A stretch of DNA of 64,000 nt, from sequence record MW349128.1; one strand, written 5' to 3'. Each line of letters opens with the position of its first letter. Position 1 is the stretch's first letter. The notes beneath the pieces are model-generated. The model was not told where the DNA came from. It saw nothing but the letters and a program-made list of their open reading frames with translations, and made no database searches. Position numbers and translations under genes: made by a program. Of this stretch, positions 28,340 to 38,554 are shown piece after piece. Source of the stretch: Staphylococcus phage Machias.

Positions 28340-29383
28340 TTAGTTTAAAAAGAATTCTTCATTCAATTTATTTTCTAATTCTTCTACCACTTTATCATCT
28401 TCATCAATTTTAGGTTTTTTATCGGGAGCTTTCTTAAAGATAGAAATAAATTTATTTCCATTACTTTGAGCCCATTTTTGTGCTTCTTTGAAACGGTCTG
28501 CAACTATTCCAATAGGTATTCTTCTAATTTTATCTTTACCTTTATATTTAATAGGTACCTCTAAAGCGGCATTTTTACCACCAGTACGTTTGGCTACAAC
28601 TACAGCATTACCTGAATCAATTCTAATGCCTTTACTTTTAGCTTTTATTTTAAAATTCATACAAGCTTTAGCAAAATCCGCTTCAAGAGTATCAGGTTCA
28701 ACAATTCCTTCTTGAACTGCAACATCGGAAGTGTTACCACATTCTTCGCATACTAATTGACCTGATTCATTTGGAGACATTTTAGACCCACATTCTTCAC
28801 AAATAGGTTCTTCTTTATCAGTATCAATATCACGATTTAATTCTTCATTTAATTTTTTCTTACTATTTTTCAATTTTTCTTTATATTCTTTAAGCTTTCT
28901 TTTTTTCTCTTTTCTATCTTTAGTATTTCTAATATCCTCAATATCTTTTTGAAGTTCTAGTTTTAATTTATCTTTCTTAATTCTACTTTCAGCAGCTTTT
29001 TTAGCTTCATCTGAAGGTTTCATTTTTTTAAGTTCAGGGAATACAGATGATTTATTTCTATTCATTAAGCTTTCATATTGTCCGCCAGATGCAATATTTC
29101 TATTAACTCTAATTACAGCAAAGTCTCTTTCTGTGTTTTCTCCACTAACTAGGTTTTTACATTTTACTTCTAAGTTTATATTAACTCCCGCATAAACAAA
29201 TTTACTAGGTTGAAAGTTAGCATAACCTTGTTTAGTTAATCTATCAATTCCTTTTTGATATTGATTTATAATAACGCCTTTTAAATCATTAAAAAGGTTT
29301 TGTTCTGGGTTTTCATTAACTAATCCAAATTCTTTATCTAAAGATTCTTCTAAAGATTTTAAATTCATATTTAATTTCCTCAT
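28340..29383 (-). CDS. zinc-ribbon protein (CEECGSKMSPNESGQLVCEECG), hypothetical; immediately downstream of the RNAP beta-like gene
   Basis: CxxC...CxxC motif shared with the 23360..25276 ORF; basic, K-rich middle; C-terminal ...EELENKLNEEFFLN. Confidence 0.5.
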   Translation of the reverse strand: MRKLNMNLKSLEESLDKEFGLVNENPEQNLFNDLKGVIINQYQKGIDRLTKQGYANFQPSKFVYAGVNINLEVKCKNLVSGENTERDFAVIRVNRNIASGGQYESLMNRNKSSVFPELKKMKPSDEAKKAAESRIKKDKLKLELQKDIEDIRNTKDRKEKKRKLKEYKEKLKNSKKKLNEELNRDIDTDKEEPICEECGSKMSPNESGQLVCEECGNTSDVAVQEGIVEPDTLEADFAKACMNFKIKAKSKGIRIDSGNAVVVAKRTGGKNAALEVPIKYKGKDKIRRIPIGIVADRFKEAQKWAQSNGNKFISIFKKAPDKKPKIDEDDKVVEELENKLNEEFFLN

Positions 29384-29422
29384 TTCTTTAATATTTATAA
29401 TAATATTGTGTTAAATAATAAT

Positions 29423-29451
29423 ATCCCAATGATCAATATAATCATTGGGAT
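29423..29451 (-). terminator. terminator, hairpin family variant (ATCCCAATGAT...ATCATTGGGAT)
   Basis: 11-bp perfect stem directly after the stop (29459) of the beta-like gene. Confidence 0.5.
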
Positions 29452-29458
29452 ATGTGAA

Positions 29459-32400
29459 TTAAATCATATCTTTTACTTTACGTTTTAATTCTATTAAAGC
29501 TTTATTTGTGAATAGCATCATATAAATATCAACTGTCATACGAGAGACAATACTTAATGGAGAGAATACAGCTTCGATTTCCTCATCAGGTCTATATTCC
29601 GCATAAGGAGATTCATTTGGAGGAGTTACATCAGCAACTACAGTTTTACAAGCTCCATAGAAACTAATTTTATCTCCAACACTCATATCATCTTCATACT
29701 CAGTGAAGATTTCAATAAGAACTCCATCAACTTTTTCTCCTTTAATTTTCTCTGTATTAATTTTATCAACTGCAGCGATATCTACATCAATACCAGGTAA
29801 AGTTTCTTTATTATTTTTAATTCCAGATTTATACTCTTTATATTTATCATTTGATTTTTTAATGTAATTATTAACTAATTTAGCTAAACTATCAGTCATA
29901 TTTTCAATATCATCATTATAATAAATATTAATCTTTTTAATATTACCTGTATATTTACTTCTAACAGCTCGGTTAGCTATATCTTGAATATCTTGTTCAA
30001 ATTCACTACCAATTTTATCTAATAAAGAACCAATACCTTCTTCATCGAATGAAGTTTCAAATATCATTAAAGGATCTCCTGTACGTACTTTCTGACCTTC
30101 TTTAACTATATATTGAATATTTGTGTTTGATGGAATATTTACTGTTTTCTTCATAGTAACTTTAGTAGACATTGCTTCAGACATACTACTAGAAATAATA
30201 GAACTATCTTCATAAGTCATTTATATTAGCTATTATATTTTTATAATAGATTAGACTATATCAAATTCATTAGTATTAATGAATAATCATATTTAGTCGT
30301 TGAACTCTATAAATGTAGAGATGCTGATTAATTTAATATTTCTCAGCAATTAATAATTTTTTGACATTACATTACTATAATGAAAGGCATTTATAATACC
30401 ATATGAGCTAGCTACAGATACTTTAGATAATTTACCTGAAGTGAATTGAATATCATTATTTTTACCAGATCCAGCAAAGAAATTATTATTTTTAGCAAGT
30501 ATTTGACCTTTATTAAAAGTGTCATCTACATTAAATTGTGGATCAAGTTTATTAGATTGATAAAAACCTGAGTTAGAGTTTTTGGCTAATTTTTCAGATA
30601 TATCAACAATATCTTTTTCACCATTGATATATTCCACTGTCATTAAACCAGTTTTCTCGTTAATTTTTAATACTTTACCATCTTGTTTAGCTTTAAAAGC
30701 AAATGTATCTGATAATTGATAAGCTAAAGATTTATCAACACCAGATCCAACTAATGGTTTACTATTAGTTTTTGTTGGAATTACGTGCTTGGCTTGAGTC
30801 AGATTATCTTAATACACTTTGTTTATTGTGTATTAGTTCTTAATGAACTTCTTTAAAATAAATTAAAGCTGAGACTATATCAAATACCATTTAGGTATAA
30901 TCTTATTTAGTCGTTGAACAATTTGATTGATGCTGATTAATTTAATTATTATTTTCTCAGCAATTAAAGATTTTTCTATTATTATATTACTATAATAAAG
31001 GGCATTCATATACCAGTCATTCCTATACGTGGACTATCTGCATGTTTTGAGCTGAATGGGTTGAGCAATTCTAATGGAGTGTATAGAGATGTATCACTCG
31101 CATCTTTCTTACCGCCATCTGTATAACCTCTAGTGGATTTAATTAGTGAATCATATGAAAGCTGTCTGACCACTCCTCAAATATCTTCAATAATGGGCGT
31201 TAACCATTACCAGTTCTCTTATGAACTTCTTTAGGATTTCCCTAAAAGTTGAGACTATATCAAATACCATCAATTAATGGTATAGTTCTTTTTCCACTCA
31301 CTTGAGTGTACTCTACTTCATCAAATATATCTTTGAAATAATTTTTATTAAAATCAGTGTAATAATCTTTTTCATTTAATATTTTTTTATTTCTTATAAT
31401 GAGTATATTTGATTTTTCGATAGTCGTTGAACTATTTAAAATATCATGAAAGTTATCTAAAAAGAAATTGATATTATTTTTATTTATACGAATTAAAGTT
31501 AAATTATTTTTTAAACAAAAGTCATTTTTTATGTGGTCTTTTAGTGCATTTTCTTTGACATTTTCTAATTTTTGATATTTAGAATTATTTCTATACTTAA
31601 AATGTTGAACCCCATCAAATTCCAAAAGTATATTTTCGTTATTTAATGTAAATAAGAAATCAAATCTAAATCTATTAGTATTTTTAGAATAATAAAAATC
31701 ATTAAAAGACTTTTCTCTTTCATAATTTATATTATTTTCATCAAAGAATTTTCTAATTGATATTTCACCATTAGACTTAATAGCACAAATAGGACATCTG
31801 TGCCCTGCACTTACAAAACTGTTTGCACGCATCTCAAATACTTTACCACACTTATGATGTAATATTTTCATTTTAGTGAATAGATTAGTATATGTTTGTC
31901 CATCAATAAGAGAGTATTCATTTTTGCCTAAATATTCTATTTCTTTTTTAAAACTTTCAATTGTTCTTTTTTTTATATTTAGAACATTTAGGACACTTCT
32001 TATAATATAACAAATTATTTGGAGTGGATTTAAATGTTTCATTGCATAGTGTATGTCTAAAATTTATTTTTATTTTACTCCCTTTATATCTTTCTAAAGG
32101 TATAAACAAATCATAGATATTCTCATTTTTTAAACTATAAATAAAATCTTCATGATTTTTATTTATACCGCCTACACATTTGACACATTTATTTTTTCCT
32201 TCAAACATTTGTTTAGGTTTTCGTTTAAATTTAAAACCACAATTATGTTTTAAATTTATTTCAGTATCATAGTCTACGTATTCTTCATAAAAAATTTCGT
32301 ATTCTTTAAATTTCTCATAATTATCATTTACTTTCTTTTTAAAACTTTCTTTATCAATTTTTCTCACATTATCACCCCAGATTATAATAAAATTATGTTA

Positions 32401-35400
32401 AAGGGGAATGTGATAAAAATAATATTTTAAACAGCTGCTGATTGTCCAATCTTAATGATTTTTAAGCATATCACGCTTACTGTTGCCAGTTACGTTGTAG
32501 CTCATTAAGCTCTAAGGATCTCCCAGCAATTAAGAACTTTTCGACATTACATCACTGTAATGAAGGGCAGTATTATTTACCTTGTTTGAGTCAGGCGTGC
32601 TTATTCCTAATACACCTTGCATACTTTCACTGTATGAACGAATATCAGGTTCATATGATTGTTCATTATTACGTCCAGCAGGACCTTTAAATGTAACAGA
32701 AGTCATCTTATCAATCTCTAAAGATGGATTAAGATCAGATACTTCATCTACAGTAGGTTGTTCCATTATAGTTTTGATTAATTGGTCTTGCTTAACAGAA
32801 ATATTCTTAGGATTCTTATTATTGTAAGAGTCTGAATATTCTTTATATGCGTTTGCAATCATTTTATATATTAAAGCATTAACTTGTTCTGGACCACGTA
32901 CACGATATATTCCCATGTCATTGTGTTCTCTAGCAGTTACATCTTCTAGCATAGTATTAGCTAAGAGTAATAATTCCACCATAGTTTCCGGTAATTTTAA
33001 ATCTCTTAATACATCTTCTGTAATTGGATCCATTGCTAAATCTAATGCATTTTTAATTCCTTTACCAACATTACGACTATAGAATTTATCATTAAAGTAT
33101 TCTAAGTAAGGTGTCTCACTATTAAATTCTTCAAAGTCATATTGTGAAGTAGGAATAGTATTTAATCCTGATAATAATAAATCATATCTTAATTTATCTG
33201 TTGAATAAATAAGATAACCATCTTGGAATTTAATTTTATTCTTCTTATCTTTAATAGTTATTCTTTCATTTTCTTTAACAAACTTATAATCAACTTCATA
33301 GAGATCAAGAATACTAGTTAAACCTTTATAGAAACCTAATAACACTATTGTAGGGATTAATTTATTAGTAATTTTAACACGAGAGAATGCCATTGTTTTA
33401 CTAGCTTGAATATTTTTACTGAATTTTTTATCTATTAGACTAAAATCAATATTATCTTCAAGTTGTTCAATAATATAATCTGTGATATTAATATTCATAG
33501 ATTCTATATTACTTTTAGTAGCTTTAAAAATAATAGATTCTGTAGTATTTGATAATATTAATTTAGATTTGTTTGAATTATAACCGATAGGATAGTATTT
33601 ATCTTTATCGTAATCAATCTCACTTAAAGTTTTACTTTCTGAAATAACTTTTTTAAGATTTCTTTGATTAAAATCAATTATCAAATCATCTTTAGAGAAT
33701 CTTAATATATTTTTAGATAAATTATTATACAACACAGAAGTTAAATATTCTTTATTAATTAAAGATGAATTACCTTTTTGAATACTAATATCATTTTTAT
33801 CTTTAATGTATTCTAGTACTTGTTTATCTTCAATAACTTTTTTAAGCCATTCAGTTTCAGAATTTTCTTTGCTACCAAATTTTTCAATGATGAATTTATT
33901 ATAGTTAGTTGTAATCCAAACTGTATCCGGTCTATATTTAACAATAGGATACATCATTAATTGTTTAGTTAGTACCTTTTTACCACCATTTAATTTTAAA
34001 TATTTACCATCAATAATTTTAGGTACATCAAATTTTACATTATGATTAATCCCATCAGGACTCTTAAATTGAACTTTTACAGTATTCTTTAATGATTGAG
34101 AATCTGAATTATCTTCTACATTCATTTTGCTAATGAATACAGGTATTTCTTCATTATCATTAAAACTCTTCATAATATTTACAAAGTCTTTATTAAATGT
34201 CTTTTTCATATAAGATAAGTCAAAATCATTCGAAGATACATTGTTAATTGCTTCATCATTAATACTATTAACATTTTCATTAATTTCTCTATCAATAACA
34301 TTATCTTCAGAAAAACTAAAATCTTCTAATTTTTCAAGATATTCATCTTGATTTTTAGCTAATGATAATATCTTTTTAGAATTCTTTAATGCAGTGTCTC
34401 CAATATATGATTTATTTTTAATATCTCTTTTAATTGATTTAAATGAATCATTCTTATCAAGTACATCATTATATAATGTATCTTCATCAATATCAATAAG
34501 ATCATTATTATCATTTAATTCTTTTTCAATTATCATTGCAATATTGTATTCATCATTAATATCCATATCAATATTATCATTAGATTTAATATATCTTAAT
34601 GTATCATCTATTTTCTTAGATATTTTTTCCATCTTAGAATCTTCAATGTCTTGATTAATTTCATCTTTATCATTATCTTGTAATTCAACTGGATCAATAT
34701 CTTTAACATTATTAAATGATTTCTTTTTAATAGTTGAATCTATAGCTTCTGTATTATCATCATCTTCAACATTAGAAATTTCATCTGTATCCATTTGTTG
34801 AGTATTTAAATCAATAGCTCTTCTTAATCTTTGTCTTAATCTATTATTCAATTTATTATAATCTTTAAAATCAAATTTAAACATTATACCGTTCTCAATA
34901 GAAACAAATAAAGCTACTACATTTTGATTTTCTTTGTGAGGTAATTCTTCCTGATTCTTAATCATCATAAATAAACTTGACATAAAATCTTTTGTATTTG
35001 GTCTAATAGCTTCTTGAGAAGATTTATTGTATCCATCTACATTAATTACATATAATAAATTTTCATATTCTTCTGGATTATTTAAATTATTATAAGTATT
35101 TTTAATTGAATCTAATACAGTTTTAAAATTCTTAGTCATTAACGATTTATTTTCAAGATTGATAAATTTACTTGAATCAACTATATAATTTCTACCTTTA
35201 AATAATTTCTCATTTCTTTCTACTCTATAAGATTTAATTGATTTACTTTTAATTTCTTGTTGATAATCTGAAATATTAGTAATTAATCTTGATTTTCTAT
35301 TTGTTGTTCTATATATTCTAGGAGTATAAATATTCTTGAAATTTTGATAATATAATATACCACTATTTAAGAATTCTATAAATGAATTTTCTTTAAAACC

Positions 35401-35517
35401 TTTATAAATTATTAATTGGTTTTTCTTTTGATCCTTAATATTTTCATCTATAGCTTTAATCTTATATCCTGAAATTGAATAGAATTTTAAATTCTTTAAT
35501 CTATTAAGATACTTCAC
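29459..35517 (-). CDS. multisubunit RNA polymerase beta-like subunit. Proposed exons (minus strand) 35517..32579, 31177..31012, 30799..30398, 30217..29459, interrupted by three group I introns.
   Basis: GTG start with AAAGGA RBS. ...FKGPAGRNNEQSYEPDIRSYSESMQGVLGISTPDSNKV | GVVRQLSY... parallels RpoB GPGGL...[39 protein letters not shown] parallels NPLGVPSRMNIGQ. VDD...AGSGKNNDIQF...ASSYG parallels the C-terminal VDDK...GGQRFGEMEVW..EAYGAAY. The proposed junctions give 4266 nt (1422 codons) in one frame. Confidence 0.65.
30218..30397 (-). mobile_element. ORF-less minimal group I intron (about 180 nt) in the beta-like gene
   Basis: P TTAATTGCTGAGAA, Q AATCAGCATC, R GTTCAACGACTAAATAT, S TTGATATAGTCTAATCT, terminal ...AATATAAATG whose ATG is picked up by the ORF tracker as the start of 29459..30220. 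The 5' end follows ...SSYG ggt. Confidence 0.55.
30800..31011 (-). mobile_element. ORF-less minimal group I intron (about 212 nt) in the beta-like gene
   Basis: 5' end ggt|ATATGAATGCCCTTTATTATAGTAAT is identical to the first intron of the second beta-prime gene. P/Q/R/S elements present. 3' end ...TAATCTG|ACTCAAGCC. Confidence 0.55.
31178..32578 (-). mobile_element. group I intron (about 1.4 kb) in the beta-like gene carrying a frameshifted homing-endonuclease gene
   Basis: 5' part (read on the minus strand from 32578) TTAATTGCTGGGAGATCCTTAGAGCTTAATGAGCTACAACGTAACTGGCAACAGTAAGCGTGATATGCTTAAAAATCATTAAGATTGGACAATCAGCAGC is near-identical to polB intron 2. S-like TTTGATATAGTCTCAACTTT lies at the 3' side. 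Confidence 0.5.
31260..32367 (-). pseudogene. intron-encoded EDxHD-type homing endonuclease split into two overlapping ORFs in different frames (31957..32367 and 31260..32042)
   Basis: The upstream ORF has two Zn modules (HNCGFKF...CVKCV; LCNETF...CPKCS). The downstream ORF has a third module (HHKCGKVF...CPICA) plus RFRFDFLF...LLEFDGVQHF. The frames differ (coordinates mod 3 = 0 versus 2). Confidence 0.45.
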
Positions 35518-35833
35518 TTATTATTCAATTCCTTTCATTTAATAAATTTTATATATGTACTTGTTTTCTTTATCTTTTTTATGTAATTTAAGGAGAAATA
35601 ATTTATTAGATTTTGATATAATCAAAATCTAAATATACCCCCTCTAATATTATATTTTTTATATATTAAAATATTTTATATTTTAATATATTATAATAAT
35701 TATATTATTATATAAATATAATATTCCGGAGGTTTTCAAATTTTTTACGAGATATTTTTATAAATTACAAAAATATAAAATTGATGATAACATTCAAATA
35801 TTACAAATAATATATGAAAGAAGTGAAACTAAA

Positions 35834-37387
35834 TTGGTTAATATGATTTATGATAAAAAAGATTTATCTGAGAAAGAAGTATCAACTTTATTAAGTATAA
35901 AAAAAGAAGATATTACTCTTGATAAACTTAAAGAATTATTTGCATTTAGACAAAATACACAACCAATGTTTAACCCTAGCGATAGATTTAAACTTAAAAA
36001 AGATTTAGTTTATAATAGTAAAGATGAGAGAACAACAGTTGGAAGATATATATTTAATAAATTTATATTAGACAATAAAATAGGACCTATTATAGGATAT
36101 ATGAATAAAGATATGGGAGGATCAGGTGTAGGAAATCTACAATCTGAACTATCTAGTTTATTACTTAATGATGTTATTACAACTAAAGATATGAATATGT
36201 ATATTGATAAACTTCAATGGCTCGGTTTCTCCATAGCAGGATTTATTAATTCTAGCTTAACAACTACAATGATGGTTGCTCCCGATAAAGTTAAACAAAA
36301 GAAAGAAGAATTACTAGAGAAATATGGTAAAGCATTAAATACTCCTGGTGAAGAATTGAATGCTATTAGTGCTATTGAAAAAGAATTAATTAAGTTAAGT
36401 AAGGAAGAATTAGAAGGTTTAGCAGATCTTGATATTTATGATAGTGGATCAAGAGGTAGTTTTGGAAATAACTTCAAGTTAACAGCTCTTATTCGTGGAG
36501 CAAATAAAAACTTTGCTGATCCTAGTAAAATACGTATTGCTAAGAGTTCTTTAGCTGATGGAATTGATCCAGAAGAATTATATATGTTTGGTGATATTAT
36601 GACAGCTGGTTCAGCTGGACGTGCTTTAGGTATATGAATGCCCTTTATTATAGTAATATAATAATAGAAAAATTATTAATTGCTGAGAAGATATAAACTT
36701 AATCAGCATCAATCAGAATGATTGTTCAACGACTAAATATAATTAAACTCATAAAGAGTTTTTGATATAGTCTGATCTATATTAAATTAATATAGATTAA
36801 CATAAATGACTCAAGAAGGTGGGTAAATTAGATGCTCACAATAAATTCTATTAATTGCTAGAATGTTAAAACTAACTAGCATCAACTTTATTAAGTTGTT
36901 CAACGACTAAATATAGAAATGATTAAATTCATAAGATATAGTCTAATCTATAATAAAATATAGATAATAAAATGATCAAGCTAAAAAACTTATGTCCGCT
37001 TTCCAAACAACTGTATTAGATAAACAAGGTTCTGATTGTAGAACAAAACATACATTAAAATTAACATTAACTAAAGATAATGCGAGTCTTTTATTATATA
37101 GATATTTTGAAGATACTTCAGGAAGAAAAGGTCAATTAATACTATTAACGCCTGAAAATGTGGATGAACACATGGGTAAAGTATTGAACTTCAGAAGTCC
37201 TATGTATTGTGCAAGTGAAGATATTTGTAGTAAATGTGCAGGAGAACTCCCTTACAAACTAGGTATAGAAAATATTGGACTATTGGTTAACCAAGTGGCT
37301 CAAGCAATTGTAACAAGCTCCATGAAGTCTTTCCATGATATGACAATTAAACAAAATGAAATAGATATCGAAGATTATATTTATTAA
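35834..37387 (+). CDS. second multisubunit RNA polymerase beta-prime C-terminal-like subunit; proposed exons 35834..36631, 36809..36824 (16-nt micro-exon), 36975..37387
   Basis: ...MTAGSAGRALG + TQEGG(Y) + QAKKLMSAFQTTVLDKQGSDCRTKHT parallels beta-prime [95 protein letters not shown] parallels region G. The exon lengths 798+16+413 = 1227 nt are in frame. Confidence 0.65.
36632..36808 (+). mobile_element. ORF-less minimal group I intron A (177 nt) in the second beta-prime gene
   Basis: ATATGAATGCCCTTTATTATAG..., P TTAATTGCTGAGAAG, Q AATCAGCATC, R GTTCAACGACTAAATAT, S TTGATATAGTCTGATCT, ends CATAAATG. Confidence 0.55.
36825..36974 (+). mobile_element. ORF-less minimal group I intron B (150 nt) in the second beta-prime gene
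   Basis: AAATTAGATGCTCACAATAAATTCTA..., P TTAATTGCTAGAATG, Q AACTAGCATC (compensatory GCUAG/CUAGC versus GCUGA/UCAGC), R GTTCAACGACTAAATAT, S AAGATATAGTCTAATCT, ends ATAAAATG (omega-G 36974). Confidence 0.5.
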
Positions 37388-37434
37388 AAGCGTAATATAT
37401 TGAAATATAAACATATATTATAATAATGAAGAAA

Positions 37435-37504
37435 GTTTATCTAGCTCAGTTGGTAGAGCAATGATTTTCATCATGTGTCCGGGGTTCGATCCCTCGGATA
37501 AGCT
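37435..37504 (+). tRNA. tRNA-like gene with a 4-nt anticodon loop (probable tRNA pseudogene/degenerate tRNA)
   Basis: Acceptor GTTTATC/GATAAGC, D arm GCTC-AGTTGGTA-GAGC, T arm CGGGG-TTCGATC-CCTCG, variable GTGTC. The anticodon stem ATGAT/ATCAT encloses only TTTC. Confidence 0.35.
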
Positions 37505-37857
37505 TTTTTTGGTCTAAAATTCTTATTTATTAAAAAATTTTATTTAAAAATATTAATTAACTATATAGTATAAATCTATAATGATCCTCGTCAAATTATT
37601 ATAGATTTTTTTTTTAGTTTTTGATTTAACTAAAAAATATAATAGATTAAATTCTATTATAACTTACTTTGTCGTTTGTTGTTGCTTTAAAAATGTTCCT
37701 TTGATTTCTTGTTTCTATTTTTAATATGTCATGGTTTTAAATAGAAATCCATACGCCTCCTTACGTATAATTAAAAATGAATAGATATTATTATATATTT
37801 ATTTACTTAAAAGAGTGCATAGATGATAAATGTACTCTTTTATTTTTTTTTTATTAA

Positions 37858-37929
37858 TGCTCTATAATTCAATGGTAGAATGCTTGACTGTTAATCAAGA
37901 GGTTGTTTGTTCGAATCAAACTAGAGCAG
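37858..37929 (+). tRNA. tRNA-Asn (anticodon GTT)
   Basis: Acceptor TGCTCTA/TAGAGCA (7/7), TA at positions 8-9, D arm ATTC-AATGGTA-GAAT, anticodon arm CTTGA-CTGTTAA-TCAAG, variable AGGTT, T arm GTTTG-TTCGAAT-CAAAC, discriminator G. Preceded by a terminator-like hairpin plus T-run. Confidence 0.8.
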
Positions 37930-37936
37930 TTTCTAT

Positions 37937-38039
37937 GTTCCTATAGCTCAATGGTCAGAGCGTACGGATTTCATGAATTATACCTGGATAGGATAATTTA
38001 TGGATCTGTAGGTTATGAGTTCGAATCTCATTAGGAACA
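37937..38039 (+). tRNA. tRNA-like gene (103 nt) with canonical acceptor/D/T arms and a 38-nt anticodon loop; reads as tRNA-Glu(TTC) carrying a 31-nt insertion at the canonical 37/38 intron position
   Basis: Acceptor GTTCCTA/TAGGAAC, D arm GCTC-AATGGTCA-GAGC, T arm ATGAG-TTCGAAT-CTCAT, anticodon stem TACGG/CTGTA (one G-U). The loop ATTTCA + 31 nt + T contains its own AATTAT/ATAATT hairpin. Confidence 0.4.
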
Positions 38040-38554
38040 ACCCTATAGGATTAATCATCCTTATAGCTTGGCTGCAGACTTGCTATAAATAAAATATAAA
38101 TTGAGTGATATGCCAAACTTAATTTATTAGATTCAACTAAAGTTAAGGCATATCTTTAGTTGTAAAAAAAATAGCACATATATTTAATCTGTCAAATTAA
38201 ATATATGTATCACAACAATCATTACAGTTTTAGGTCTAATTTACGTTTAGTTATTAGATCGGAGTATTAAAGAGGACTTATTTTACATTAATTTGTGATA
38301 AGTATCTGACTTTAATACATTTTAGGTTTTCTAGTTTCTTAGTCCCTAATATAAGAAAAACTAGACTATTAAATCGCTACAAGATTCCTAATATGTTCCA
38401 TGCATATATTGGTTTCTTTAATCCTTCTTATGCTTTATGGGATATAAAAAATTATTAAAGCAACTTTATACTTTTTTCGTAAAAGTAACTATAACCCTAA
38501 CCTACAGATTGATTCCAAATTAGTCGAAGAGGTTAGGGTTATTTTATACATATT

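Noticed and set aside
36809-36829. Alternative reading of the micro-exon as ...SRRWVN... (matches RpoC TRRLVD)
   Set aside because: That frame needs a 5' splice site after A36632 (no U at -1), at a different relative position than the identical intron in the beta gene, and it runs into a TAG unless a second non-canonical site is used. The canonical model (exon 1 ends at the ggt codon, 36631; 16-nt micro-exon) is in frame and also aligns (GGY versus SGY). The RRWV match is therefore likely coincidental.
37435-37504. Calling 37435..37504 a functional tRNA
   Set aside because: The anticodon loop is only 4 nt in every register I tried; recorded as tRNA-like or pseudogene instead.
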